DNA of 64,000 nucleotides from Candidatus Daviesbacteria bacterium (GCA_016183245.1 JACPEY010000011.1:5568-69567), one strand, 5' to 3'. Positions 10,324-19,535 are shown, numbered from the stretch's first letter. Notes: a model not told the origin generated them from the letters alone. Translations and numbers: made by a program.

Positions 10324-10533
10324 TCAAGCTTTGTTTGTGAGATTTCTCACAAATCCCAGAGGATTATCATTCTCAATTGGAAATGAGTTAGATGATTTGA
10401 TTAAATCCATAAAGAGTAAACTTGCGATTACCAGGAAAGTAATAATTATCAAAAATAATAATAATATTTTATTATCAAAATCTTCTTTTAATACATTTGA
10501 TTTTAAAAGTGGAGTATTAATTAAAATATTCAT
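10324..10533 (-). CDS. Small membrane protein
   Basis: 69 aa with one TM segment; start overlaps the upstream stop. Confidence 0.5.
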   Translation of the reverse strand: MNILINTPLLKSNVLKEDFDNKILLLFLIIITFLVIASLLFMDLIKSSNSFPIENDNPLGFVRNLTNKA

Positions 10534-10781
10534 GTTTTCCCAAAAGCCCTTTCTACAAATATCAAAAGCAGTGCACCCAGAATTGCTATGGCAACAGAAG
10601 GGAAATTAAGTCCGCTTATTCCTATACCAAAAACCAAATTTCCTAAAATTCCACCTAATATTGCTCCTAAAATAGATAAAATAATAGAACCCAAAATTCC
10701 TCCTTTTGTTGAAGATGGGTCAATTATATTGGTAATAATACCAATTGTAAGTCCGAATATTATCCATAAAACAATATTCAT
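10530..10781 (-). CDS. GlsB/YeaQ/YmgE (transglycosylase-associated) membrane protein
   Basis: WIIFGL.IG.I...GGILGSIIL.ILGA.LGG pattern. Confidence 0.85.
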   Translation of the reverse strand: MNIVLWIIFGLTIGIITNIIDPSSTKGGILGSIILSILGAILGGILGNLVFGIGISGLNFPSVAIAILGALLLIFVERAFGKT

Positions 10782-10937
10782 ACAAATTAATATTACTTTT
10801 TAAAGATTAAAACCAATTCATAGGAAGGTAAGAAGTTGGCAAGAATTTTCTTGTAATAAATCTGTAATAAAAAAATTTTCTCTTGAACAATAAAAATAAT
10901 AAATATATAATGCGATCGCCCGGTAAATATAAAAAAT

Positions 10938-11609
10938 ATGGTTAGTAAGATCATAATAGTTGAAGATGACATAGGATTGCAGAAATATTTAAAAGAACTT
11001 CTTTTAAATAACGAATATTCACCCCAGACATTTTCTGATGGTATATCTGCTTTAAATTATATTGCAAAATCTGTTCCTGATTTAGTGATCTTAGATTTGG
11101 GTTTGCCTAATATGAGTGGTGAGTCGGTTTGTCAACAGATCAGAAAAGAATATCCGGAAATTCCGGTAATAATTTTAACTGCACGTGATGGAATTGCTGA
11201 TATTGTGCAGGGATTAAGCTTAGGGGCAGATGATTATATGACTAAGCCGTTTGTGGCTGATGAATTGCTGGCCCGGATTAAAGCCAGGCTCCGCCGTAGT
11301 GGAGAGCCCGATAACAAGTTAAAAATAGCAGATCTCGAGCTTGACAGAAAAACATTTGAGGTCAAACGACAAGGTAAAGTTATCCAGCTTACCCCCCAGG
11401 AGTTTAAGCTGCTTGAGTATTTAATGCACAATAAAGGCAGGATTTTAACCCGCGAGATGATTTTAAACAGGGTCTGGCTTTATTCGCAGGATATAGAAAC
11501 AAGGGTAGTTGATGTATATATGGGGTATTTGAGGAAAAAAATTGATGGGGGACAAAAGAAAAAGCTCCTCCACTCAGTCAGGGGTTTTGGTTATATGATC
11601 AAAGAGTAA
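10938..11609 (+). CDS. OmpR/PhoB-family response regulator
   Basis: VEDD, LDLGLP, ADDYMTKPF receiver motifs; winged helix ending VRGFGY. Confidence 0.95.
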   Translation: MVSKIIIVEDDIGLQKYLKELLLNNEYSPQTFSDGISALNYIAKSVPDLVILDLGLPNMSGESVCQQIRKEYPEIPVIILTARDGIADIVQGLSLGADDYMTKPFVADELLARIKARLRRSGEPDNKLKIADLELDRKTFEVKRQGKVIQLTPQEFKLLEYLMHNKGRILTREMILNRVWLYSQDIETRVVDVYMGYLRKKIDGGQKKKLLHSVRGFGYMIKE

Positions 11610-12819
11610 ATCCCAGAATTTCGTAAAAGCTTTTAAAAAGTTCGGGACTTTTTTTGGTTAATCTAAGTAAAAACTCTAATGCTTTAGGTGTATCCAGATT
11701 ATTGTCAAGGATCTGTATAAATTCATTATATTCTCTGGTTTGAATCTTTGTCATTCGGGGGAGGTCGAGACTTCGACCGACTCCAGAATCTGATTCTATA
11801 ATTTTCATATTCCTTTGGGCTTTTTGTAGATCTTTTTCTTTATATTCCCAGTCTTTGCTCCAGTGGCGGGAAAGTAGCAGCCACCTTATTGCATTAGGGG
11901 AGTATTTTTTTAGTAAATCTGAAACCATTATGAGATTGTCTTTAGATTTAGACATTCTTTGGCCACGATAGAAGGCTTGTCCTGTGTGAATCCAGTATTT
12001 TGCAAAAGGTGCTTTTCCGGTAGCTCCCTCGCTTTGGGCAATCTCTGCTTCATGATGAGGAAAGATTAAATCCCTGCCTCCTCCGTGAATATCGATCTGT
12101 TGTCCTAAGGTGGACATACTCATAGCAGAACATTCAATATGCCATCCCGGCCGGCCAGGTCCAAAAGGACTATCAAACGATGGGATATGGTCTGGAACTA
12201 CATTCCCACTTGCATTCCCACTTGACGAGTGGGAAGCTAAAGATCCCCGCCATAAAGTTATGTCCAGGGGATTTTTCTTATCCGGATTTCTTAAGTCTTC
12301 ATCAAATTCTTCAGCCTTTTTAATCATCTGCTTTTTTGTAAACTTGGATAATTTTCCATATTCAGGAAATCTGGAAATGTCTAAATATACAGAAGGACCT
12401 GTCTTATATGCATACCCATTTTGTAGCAGTGTATTAATTATTCGAATAATTGATACAAGTTGTTCTGAGGCTTTTAAATAATGGTCAGGAGGAGTCCAAT
12501 TTAGTACTTGCATATCCTGCAAAAACCTTTTGGTCCAAAAATCTGCCAGATCCTGCCAAGGTGTATTTTGTTCTTTGGCCCGTTGTAAAATATCTTTGTC
12601 GCGGTCATTGATATCCGTGACATTTTGGGTATAAATAACATTAAATCCTTTAAATTTTAAGTATCTGATGAGGACATCAAAAAAGATATAAGTAAAAGCA
12701 TGGCCTAAGTGGGTAGTATCATAAGGAGTAATCCCACAGACATAGATAGTAACTTTATTTTTGTGCAGCGGTTTAAATTCTTCCAGCCGTCGGCTTAAGG
12801 AGTTATAGATTTTCATCAC
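11599..12819 (-). CDS. cysS: Cysteine--tRNA ligase, short MshC-like form
   Basis: CGITPYD..HLGH, GRPGWHIECSAM, DIHGGG.DLIFPHHE, RMSKS; only 406 aa. Confidence 0.75.
   Translation of the reverse strand: MMKIYNSLSRRLEEFKPLHKNKVTIYVCGITPYDTTHLGHAFTYIFFDVLIRYLKFKGFNVIYTQNVTDINDRDKDILQRAKEQNTPWQDLADFWTKRFLQDMQVLNWTPPDHYLKASEQLVSIIRIINTLLQNGYAYKTGPSVYLDISRFPEYGKLSKFTKKQMIKKAEEFDEDLRNPDKKNPLDITLWRGSLASHSSSGNASGNVVPDHIPSFDSPFGPGRPGWHIECSAMSMSTLGQQIDIHGGGRDLIFPHHEAEIAQSEGATGKAPFAKYWIHTGQAFYRGQRMSKSKDNLIMVSDLLKKYSPNAIRWLLLSRHWSKDWEYKEKDLQKAQRNMKIIESDSGVGRSLDLPRMTKIQTREYNEFIQILDNNLDTPKALEFLLRLTKKSPELFKSFYEILGFTL
11750..11790 (+). repeat. Half copy of GTCATT...AATGAC palindromic element (family B) inside the cysS-like gene
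   Basis: GTCATTCGGGGGAG...CGACTCCAGAATC matches the left half of the uvrA inserts; read as DSGVGRSLDLPRMT. Confidence 0.8.
12201..12236 (-). repeat. CTTCCCACTCGTCA...GTGGGAATG element (family C) inside the cysS-like gene
   Basis: Minus strand CTTCCCACTCGTCAAGTGGGAATGCAAGTGGGAATG has the same ends as 16273-16332. Confidence 0.8.
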
Positions 12820-13436
12820 TCAACTACTTCTTCACCTTCGAAGACAATATCGCTTGAAGGAGTATTTGCAGCTGCCTGGGATGCAGCGCTCTCCGGTGCG
12901 GCAAATGAGAAGTCTGATAAAATTTTATTATAAACATTCATCCAGAAATCCTCTTCTACTCGCGGCATCTCTATATTAAAAGATATCCCCTGATCCAAAG
13001 CGCCTAAGAGAAGTCTATCGCTTAATATAATTTCTTTTGCACTAAGTGTTCCTAATTTTACATCTTTTGAGGTTGTCCCGGCGCTTATATTTTTCTTAAG
13101 CCATTCATCAAGAGTCTTAAACTTGCTGTCGGTAATTTTTAAGCTTAAACTGCCGCTTACCTCTTTTGAAAAAAGTTGTATATCTGCATATGTGTTGTTA
13201 TCTGTGATTTCGCGGCTGACAATAGACAGGTTATCGGGATAGCTGAAGCTAAAACCGGAAGGATCAGTATATTCTATTAAAGTTTCAGACGGTAAAACTT
13301 TTTTAACTTGCTTTTGTTCAAATATTGTTGAAGGATTTAACAGGGGAGTTGCCGGTTTTTTGGGAGTTAGCAGCAAGTAGGCTGAAACAACTAATGTAAC
13401 AAGTAGACACACAATCAGAATTAGATATTTTCGCAT
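12816..13436 (-). CDS. Membrane-anchored hypothetical protein (PsbP-like)
   Basis: N-terminal TM, Y.DPSGFSFSYP motif, ILSDFSF near the end. Confidence 0.65.
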   Translation of the reverse strand: MRKYLILIVCLLVTLVVSAYLLLTPKKPATPLLNPSTIFEQKQVKKVLPSETLIEYTDPSGFSFSYPDNLSIVSREITDNNTYADIQLFSKEVSGSLSLKITDSKFKTLDEWLKKNISAGTTSKDVKLGTLSAKEIILSDRLLLGALDQGISFNIEMPRVEEDFWMNVYNKILSDFSFAAPESAASQAAANTPSSDIVFEGEEVVE

Positions 13437-13504
13437 TACTTTTTAGTATATCACGGGCTATTTTTGACGGCAATTAATACAATGTGCTAAGCTGGTATTA
13501 GATA

Positions 13505-13963
13505 ATGAACAGGATAACTTTTCGTCATGGTGTAAAAGCATTAATCTTCTTGTTTCTTTTTGTAGTTATTTTACCCAAAGATCTAGAAGCAAAAGTATTG
13601 CCGCAAGCTCAAAAAGGGATACAAAAATCCGGTACTGCCACAAAAGCAGTAAAGACGGCAGGTATTGTCGTATCACCTAAGCTGCGTTCAGACAGGAGGG
13701 CTTTGATTATTAATTTCTCAAACCTGCAAAATGCTACTGCTGTTTCATATCTTTTAACCTACAAAACAAGCACTCAGGATGAAGGAGCAATGGGATCTTT
13801 AAATTTGGATGGTTCTGCAACTGCCAGAAATGAACTGCTTTTCGGGACATGTTCTAAAAATGTCTGCAGATACCATACAGGCATTAAGGATGCAAAACTG
13901 GATATATCCTATACGTTAAAAAACGGTAAAAAATACCTCAAAAAATACAAAATAAAAGTTTAA
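13505..13963 (+). CDS. Secreted hypothetical protein
   Basis: Signal peptide and LFGTCSKNVCRYH motif. Confidence 0.7.
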   Translation: MNRITFRHGVKALIFLFLFVVILPKDLEAKVLPQAQKGIQKSGTATKAVKTAGIVVSPKLRSDRRALIINFSNLQNATAVSYLLTYKTSTQDEGAMGSLNLDGSATARNELLFGTCSKNVCRYHTGIKDAKLDISYTLKNGKKYLKKYKIKV

Positions 13964-14069
13964 TTTCTCCTTTGGTCTAAACTCCGAATTTGCTTACGTT
14001 TTTCGTTAGAAAAAGGCAAGCTCTGCTTATACATTTGGTCTAAGAGATGCACAATAAAGTATAGCAGGA

Positions 14070-14363
14070 TTATTTGAAATTGGTAAATCTAATTTCCAGA
14101 TGAGAGTTTAAGGCTTGGGCTAATTTTTTCAGAAAGGCAATTGATGGATTTGCCCGCCCTGATTCAAGTCTGGAAATTACCGATTGCTTTGTTCCAATTT
14201 TTTGCGCTAATTCCTTTTGGGTTAATCTCTTTTCAATCCTTGCTCTTAGAATAGCAAACTGTGGTTGTATTTTGTCATATTCTGCCCTCAGTTCAGGATC
14301 TTTTAAAGCTTCTTTTTCCCATACTTCGAAATCTAAATGTTGTCTATCTTTAGGTTTAATCAT
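14070..14363 (-). CDS. XRE-family HTH antitoxin (HigA-like)
   Basis: LTQKELAQKIGTKQSVISRLESG HTH, downstream of a RelE-like gene. Confidence 0.9.
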   Translation of the reverse strand: MIKPKDRQHLDFEVWEKEALKDPELRAEYDKIQPQFAILRARIEKRLTQKELAQKIGTKQSVISRLESGRANPSIAFLKKLAQALNSHLEIRFTNFK

Positions 14364-14375
14364 ATAGCATATATG

Positions 14376-14705
14376 CTATACTAGTTTTCTCATTCTGTCA
14401 AGCGCCACTTTTAATTCCTTTGGAGGCGTTTTCTGGCTTTTCTTTATAAAAGCGTGGAGTAAATAATATTTTCCTGCAGCTATTGTATAGAAAATTCTTA
14501 CCGATGATTTCCCCTGAATGCGAAGTTCATATAGTTTATTCTGTAACTTTTTAATGTCTGGTGGTTTTAAAAACGGACCATAATCTATTAACAATCTTAT
14601 CGAAAGATTAATTTTTGCAACTGTGTTTCTATCCTGCTTTTCAATAAACTCTTTAACGGGGTATTCACCTCTTGCTGTTTGGAAAAACAAAACTTTCCAT
14701 GCCAT
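14376..14705 (-). CDS. RelE/HigB-family toxin
   Basis: LYELRI...VRIFY...LLHAFIKKSQKTP..EL signature; toxin-first order. Confidence 0.9.
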   Translation of the reverse strand: MAWKVLFFQTARGEYPVKEFIEKQDRNTVAKINLSIRLLIDYGPFLKPPDIKKLQNKLYELRIQGKSSVRIFYTIAAGKYYLLHAFIKKSQKTPPKELKVALDRMRKLV

Positions 14706-14768
14706 ATGCTCAATATAGCATAAAGAGAATCTTCAGATTGAGGTGAATTGGAGAGGATAAAGTTTCGA

Positions 14769-15407
14769 TCACTGTGGTTCGTCTTTGGCGGCACAAGGAT
14801 CATTCTGTATTGGTATTTTATCAGATCTAATCTTTGTAAACTTGCCTGGATTTGAAGATTGCTTAATTTGTTCTGCAAAAATTCTGACTTTTTCAGGATT
14901 AACATTTAAAAGCTGAATATCCTCTAGATCTTTTGGTCGTTTTAGATTTCCCCACAGAACATTTTGTTTGCTCCAAACTTGTGCAACCGGACTCATAACT
15001 AATACTTCCCTTCCTTCAAAACTCACTGGCTGAAATTGCTCGAATAAAAAATCTACTAGCTTTTGATCGTATGGTAACTGATGATCTTGGAGCCATCTAT
15101 CTATTGAATGCACATCTATCGGTGGGCCTTCTGGATGCGGAGGGAATTCTGCAGCCATCGCACTATTACGTGTGAGGACATCTATATCTTTGGGCTTAAT
15201 CCTTTGTTGGTTTAGAAGATGTATTGCAGCTCCACCATAAATTAGATACTGAATTTGACCTTTTTCAATTTGTGGGAAAGTATTCAGTACAAATCTAAGA
15301 TGATTTTGCCATGGTTTTCCTAAATGCTCATCAAAATACATCCGTATTCGTTCTGAATACGGGTCGGGGGGTACAACGGTGGGTTTGGATTTATCTTCTT
15401 CAGTCAT
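14769..15407 (-). CDS. Nucleotidyltransferase-fold hypothetical protein
   Basis: IYGGAA...KDIDV and RPKDLEDI motifs. Confidence 0.6.
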   Translation of the reverse strand: MTEEDKSKPTVVPPDPYSERIRMYFDEHLGKPWQNHLRFVLNTFPQIEKGQIQYLIYGGAAIHLLNQQRIKPKDIDVLTRNSAMAAEFPPHPEGPPIDVHSIDRWLQDHQLPYDQKLVDFLFEQFQPVSFEGREVLVMSPVAQVWSKQNVLWGNLKRPKDLEDIQLLNVNPEKVRIFAEQIKQSSNPGKFTKIRSDKIPIQNDPCAAKDEPQ

Positions 15408-15473
15408 GTAGATTAAGTAAAATTATCAAGTTATTGTTATCTTCTTTCTTCTATTTTTAACAATTGTTAATTT

Positions 15474-15490
15474 GTGAGCCGGCAGGGGAT
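15474..15490 (-). repeat. 17-bp duplication of the tRNA-Lys 3' end (att-like)
   Basis: GTGAGCCGGCAGGGGAT is identical to 15631-15647. Confidence 0.85.
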
Positions 15491-15589
15491 AAGAGAATCT
15501 TGCCTTCCGCCATAGGCGGAACGTCGAACAGTCTTGTCCTTCGACTCGCTACGCTCGCTCAGGACGACGCAGTTGCAATCCTTGCGGCA

Positions 15590-15630
15590 TTTACAAAAAA
15601 GACAGTCACAAGGACTGCTTTTTTTGTAAA
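15590..15630 (-). terminator. Hairpin terminator immediately 3' of tRNA-Lys
   Basis: TTTACAAAAAAGACAGTC-ACAAG-GACTGCTTTTTTTGTAAA inverted repeat with A/T runs. Confidence 0.65.
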
Positions 15631-15631
15631 G

Positions 15632-15703
15632 TGAGCCGGCAGGGGATCGAACCCTGGACCAAGAGCTTAAAAGGCTCCTGCTCTACCGCTGAGCTACCGG
15701 CCC
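15632..15703 (-). tRNA. tRNA-Lys(UUU)
   Basis: GGGCCGG/CCGGCTC acceptor, loop CTTTTAA, GTTCGATCC T-arm; CCA not encoded. Confidence 0.97.
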
Positions 15704-15744
15704 TCGCCCGCAACGCCAGCAAGCTGGCTTGCGTGGCGGGCGGG
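15703..15744 (+). repeat. CYCGCCCGC...GCGGGCGGG hairpin element (family D)
   Basis: CTCGCCCGCAACGCCAGCAAGCTGGCTTGCGTGGCGGGCGGG abuts the tRNA 5' end. Related sequences at 53143 and in the 57619-57722 arms. Confidence 0.85.
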
Positions 15745-15784
15745 CCTCCTTGACGCAAACCAAACTCGTTTAACTAGCATTGCA

Positions 15785-16027
15785 TTAAATTCTATCCTTC
15801 AAAAACCGTCTGCCAAATCCTGTTTTAAAATACTGTTCCCTTCTAAACGCCTTATGCTTATCTGTGCAACCTTCAAAATAAACTAACTCTAATGGCCTTC
15901 TACTTTTAGTTGATTCTACTAACCCATCATTATGATCTTTAAGTCTTTGTTTTATAACAGATGTTGCTCCAACATAGAGCTTTCCATCCTTAATGCTTTT
16001 AAGAACATAAGTATAATAGAAACTCAT
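15785..16027 (-). CDS. Small stand-alone GIY-YIG nuclease
   Basis: YTYVL...LYVG.T....RL..HN...TK.RRP..LVYFE...AF.RE..FK. Confidence 0.92.
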   Translation of the reverse strand: MSFYYTYVLKSIKDGKLYVGATSVIKQRLKDHNDGLVESTKSRRPLELVYFEGCTDKHKAFRREQYFKTGFGRRFLKDRI

Positions 16028-16100
16028 TTGAGTTTAATCCATATTGTACTAAATTTGCCTCAATTTTGCTAATATTAGCTCATGTTTTTTGGAGCTAAAA

Positions 16101-16754
16101 ATGTGGTCTAATACTAAATTATTAGTCTCAGCCAGTATATTTATCATCATCACAGGATTAGGCTTTTTATGGTTTGGACTAAAGCAGCCAAAAACAGTCC
16201 AACCTGTTCAAGTTCCACCGCCTACACTGATTAATGAAAGTTCTCCGGTTGCCACTGATTCTGCAAGACTACCTTCCCACTCGTCAGGTGTCGAGTCAAA
16301 CTCGACTAACCGAGTTAGACTCGGTGGGAATGTGTTTGGGATAGAAGGTGATAAGATTTTAGTTTCCAAAGTGGTGGATGGCGATACTATAGAGTTGGCA
16401 AACGGACAAACAGTGCGTTTGATAGGAATAGATACTCCGGAAACAGTTGATCCCCGCCGTCCTGTTGGCTGTTTTGGGAAAGAAGCATCAAACGAAGCTA
16501 AAAGTTTACTTTCAGGAAAGGAAATCATATTGCAAAAGGATGTTTCGGAAACTGATAAATACAAAAGGCTTCTCCGTTATGTTTTTCTGCCGCTTGAGAA
16601 TGGCCAGGTGCTTTTTGTGAATGATTATTTAGTAAGGGAAGGTTTTGCTAAAGTATTAACTTATCCTCCGGATGTAAAGTTTAATGAGCAGTTCAGGCAA
16701 GCTGAAAAAGAGGCCAGGGAGAATCGTAGAGGATTATGGGGTAGATGCAATTAA
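16101..16754 (+). CDS. Thermonuclease (SNase-like), membrane anchored
   Basis: VVDGDT, VRLIGIDTPE, DKYKRLLRYV, A.E.RRGLW. Confidence 0.92.
   Translation: MWSNTKLLVSASIFIIITGLGFLWFGLKQPKTVQPVQVPPPTLINESSPVATDSARLPSHSSGVESNSTNRVRLGGNVFGIEGDKILVSKVVDGDTIELANGQTVRLIGIDTPETVDPRRPVGCFGKEASNEAKSLLSGKEIILQKDVSETDKYKRLLRYVFLPLENGQVLFVNDYLVREGFAKVLTYPPDVKFNEQFRQAEKEARENRRGLWGRCN
16273..16332 (+). repeat. Family C palindromic element in the thermonuclease linker
   Basis: CTTCCCACTCGTCAGGTGTCGAG...CTCGGTGGGAATG, 60 bp, in frame. Confidence 0.8.
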
Positions 16755-16791
16755 TTCTTTGATATGGTACGTTAGAATTGTCCAAAGATAC

Positions 16792-17277
16792 ATGAAAAAA
16801 TTTATTTTTCAAGCAATCCTTTTGCTTTTGGTTAGCGGAGTAGCAATTTTTTTATTCAGAGCAGGCCCGGATATTTCCAGCCTGCCATTTATGCCGGAAA
16901 AGCCGGTTATCCGTCAGCTTCAGATTAATACTGTGACTTTGAAAGTAGAGGTGGCAGATACCAAGGATAAAAGAAGTAAAGGGTTGGGGGGTAAGGAAAG
17001 ATTAGCAGTAGATGAGGGCATGTTGTTTATATTTCCTCAACCCGGGGAATATCCGTTTTGGATGAAAGGATTAACGTTTCCTTTAGATTTTGTCTGGATA
17101 AGAGGGGACAAGGTGGTGGATTTGACTCCAAATGTGCAACCGCCTACTTCCGGACAATCTGATCAATCTTTACCAATTTACCAGTCCAAGGAAAGTGTGG
17201 ATAAAGTTTTAGAAGTGAATGCAGGAACAATTCAAAGGTTGGATATTAAAGTGGGGAATACTATCAAGATAATTTAA
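16792..17277 (+). CDS. DUF192 family protein
   Basis: VEVADT...GL...GMLFIF...FWMKG..FPLD...VLEVNAG. Confidence 0.88.
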   Translation: MKKFIFQAILLLLVSGVAIFLFRAGPDISSLPFMPEKPVIRQLQINTVTLKVEVADTKDKRSKGLGGKERLAVDEGMLFIFPQPGEYPFWMKGLTFPLDFVWIRGDKVVDLTPNVQPPTSGQSDQSLPIYQSKESVDKVLEVNAGTIQRLDIKVGNTIKII

Positions 17278-17644
17278 AACTGCAATATGGTTGAGATACT
17301 GCCTGTTAGATTATTGACGGATGAAGATGCGCCGATTTATGGCAGCCTTAATGTGGCTCTTGCTAAGCTTCTAAGGAGTGGATTGCCGGTGGGAAATGGT
17401 ATCGTAATTACTCACCCGCAGATTAAATTAAAAACAGTGCTGGAACATTTTGATTTCAGTACAAAAGAAGTTTTTCAGCAAACACTTACTCTGGTAAAAA
17501 AAGAGATAAATACAGTTCCTGTTCCGCAGATTTTAAATAAAGAAGCAGGCAAACATAAGCAATTTCTTTTGAAGGGAGAGAAAATAAAGTCAGTCAAAAG
17601 TCTTTGGTTTAGTTTACTAAATATTTGGTTTGAGCAAATAAAAG

Positions 17645-17696
17645 AAAGACTTTGGAATAACGGGTTTTATAAAGACTTTGGAATAACGGGTTTTAT
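17645..17696 (+). repeat. Perfect 26-bp tandem duplication
   Basis: AAAGACTTTGGAATAACGGGTTTTAT twice. Confidence 0.95.
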
Positions 17697-17978
17697 TCAG
17701 GTATTACTGAGGGCCTAGAGCCGCAGATTGTGATATTTATTAAAAAAGTTGAGAGTTTTGGAAATGCATATTTTGATCCTTTACAGGATGATGTGGAGAT
17801 TTCTGTAAGGACAGGAAAATTACACCCAAATGACCGGGAGAAGATTTCTGAGATGGTCAAATCAGCGAATAAGAAATTGTTTATTCCCCACTACTATGAA
17901 TGGATTTTTGATGGTAGCGTTAAGTTGGTAGGAGTAAAGCTATATACTCCATCTATTATTGCTTCTGCTTCCTTTCCT

Positions 17979-18053
17979 GTCATTGCGAGGAGCGAAGCGA
18001 CGCGGCAATCCTCAACGAATTGGGAAGATCGCCACGCTATCGCTCGCGATGAC
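17979..18053 (+). repeat. Family B palindromic element (RPE-like), in frame
   Basis: GTCATTGCGAGGAGCGAAGCGACGCGGCAATC...GATCGCCACGCTATCGCTCGCGATGAC, 75 bp. Confidence 0.9.
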
Positions 18054-18264
18054 AAAAAGGTTTCTGCAGTCAAGGTGTTTTTTGATTTATCAGTAGGGCT
18101 TACAATTGAAAAAGAGATAGACGGGGTATACATAGCTTCTGAGAAAATATTTGACCTTAACAAACCCGGAGAATCATTTGAGAATCTAGTTTTTAGACTG
18201 GTGGAATCTGCCATTACTTTTCCCCGTTCCCTGATACTTTTTAAACTGGCGGATAAATCAGAAG

Positions 18265-18287
18265 GCCTGCCTGACGGCAAGGCAGGC
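18265..18287 (+). repeat. GCCTGCC...GGCAGGC mini-hairpin, in frame
   Basis: GCCTGCCTGACGGCAAGGCAGGC encodes GLPDGKAG; same motif at 20337-20366. Confidence 0.7.
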
Positions 18288-18851
18288 ATGGGTAAAGTGC
18301 GCGGCAGTTTGCGGTTGCTTCATCAGAAAAGTTTATTTGATCCTCTTTTGGAAGTTTTAGATTTTGCCCGTCACAAAAAAGGACTGACAAATATTCATAT
18401 AGTCATACCATATGTGCGGGGTGTAAATGAGCTTCTAAAAATAAAAAGAGAACTGGCTGTCCGGAAGCTCTCCAGAAAAAATTCATTAGGGCATTGGATG
18501 GAAATAGCTTTACCGGAAAATATTATTAATTTGGAAGATTATTTGATTGCAGGGATTGACGGGGTTGTTTTAAACCTTGATGAACTGATTTCCCACTTGA
18601 ACGGATTTGATATCAAAGAAGAAGAGCTGATATTTTATAAAAATGAGGCAGAGGGGTTAATGAAGTTTTTAGAAGACGGCATTAGGCTTTTACATAAATC
18701 AAAAGTTCCTTTTATAGCATCCGGTACTTCAACTTTTAATCAAAAAATGTTGGAGTTTTTAGTGGAGAAAGGGGTAACGGGGGTGGTGGTAGAAAAATAT
18801 GAAGCTCACTCTGCTAAGGATTTATTGCATCAGACAGAAAGAAGGATAGTT

Positions 18852-19535
18852 TTAAGAAGGGTGGAATAGTAAAATATATTCGCCTTTGGGATTTTTGAGA
18901 GTTTCCAGCCAACTTGAAACTGGTTTTGTTTCAACGCTTTGGTGGATTTTGGTCAGTTCATGAGCCAAAGTGATATTAATGTTTCCAAAAACTTCTTTAA
19001 TGCTTTCTATAATCCTGATTAATTTATGTGGAGCTGCAAACATTATATATGTCATCTCCCCGGGTGTCCTATCTGATTCACCCCCCAGGTGGATAAACTG
19101 AGAAAGGAATTTTTTTCTATGGCCGGGCTTTTCCGGCGGGTATCCTAAAAACATGAATTTATCAGGTGGCAGGCCGGATAAAGTAAGTGCTGTGATTGCT
19201 GATGACGGCCCTGGTAAGGAATCAACTTTAACTTCCTGTTGCAAGCACTCTCTGATTAGTTTATACCCGGGATCAGAAATTAAAGGGGTGCCGGCATCAG
19301 AAACCAGGGCCAAATTTTGGCCGTTTTTTAGACGATCGACAATAGTTTGTACACTTCGGGCTTCGTTATAGTCATTTAAAATAATTAGAGGTTTATGAAT
19401 GTTATAGTGGTTCAATAGCAGGGACGTTCTTCTGGTGTCTTCACAAATAATTCCATCAACTGACTCAAGAGTCTCTAGCGCTCTTAGGGTAATGTCTTTG
19501 AGATTGCCGATAGGAGTGGCGACAATATATAGCAT
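18852..19535 (-). CDS. rsmI: 16S rRNA C1402 2'-O-methyltransferase
   Basis: LYIVATPIGNL.DIT.RA, CEDTR, SDAGTPLISDPG, ELTKIH. Confidence 0.95.
   Translation of the reverse strand: MLYIVATPIGNLKDITLRALETLESVDGIICEDTRRTSLLLNHYNIHKPLIILNDYNEARSVQTIVDRLKNGQNLALVSDAGTPLISDPGYKLIRECLQQEVKVDSLPGPSSAITALTLSGLPPDKFMFLGYPPEKPGHRKKFLSQFIHLGGESDRTPGEMTYIMFAAPHKLIRIIESIKEVFGNINITLAHELTKIHQSVETKPVSSWLETLKNPKGEYILLFHPS
19058..19092 (-). repeat. Family A 35-bp element inside rsmI
   Basis: Minus strand CCACCTGGGGGGTGAATCAGATAGGACACCCGGGG encodes HLGGESDRTPG. Confidence 0.9.

Larger units (their letters stand above)
17287..18869 (+). pseudogene. Degenerate PEP-utilising-enzyme-like gene split by a 26-bp tandem duplication
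   Basis: ORFs 17287-17718 and 17730-18869 join in frame if one copy of 17645-17696 is removed. The C-terminus resembles the PEP-utiliser barrel. Confidence 0.7.

Noticed and set aside
14070-14705. HigBA pair as a novel system
   Set aside because: It is an ordinary type II toxin-antitoxin module.
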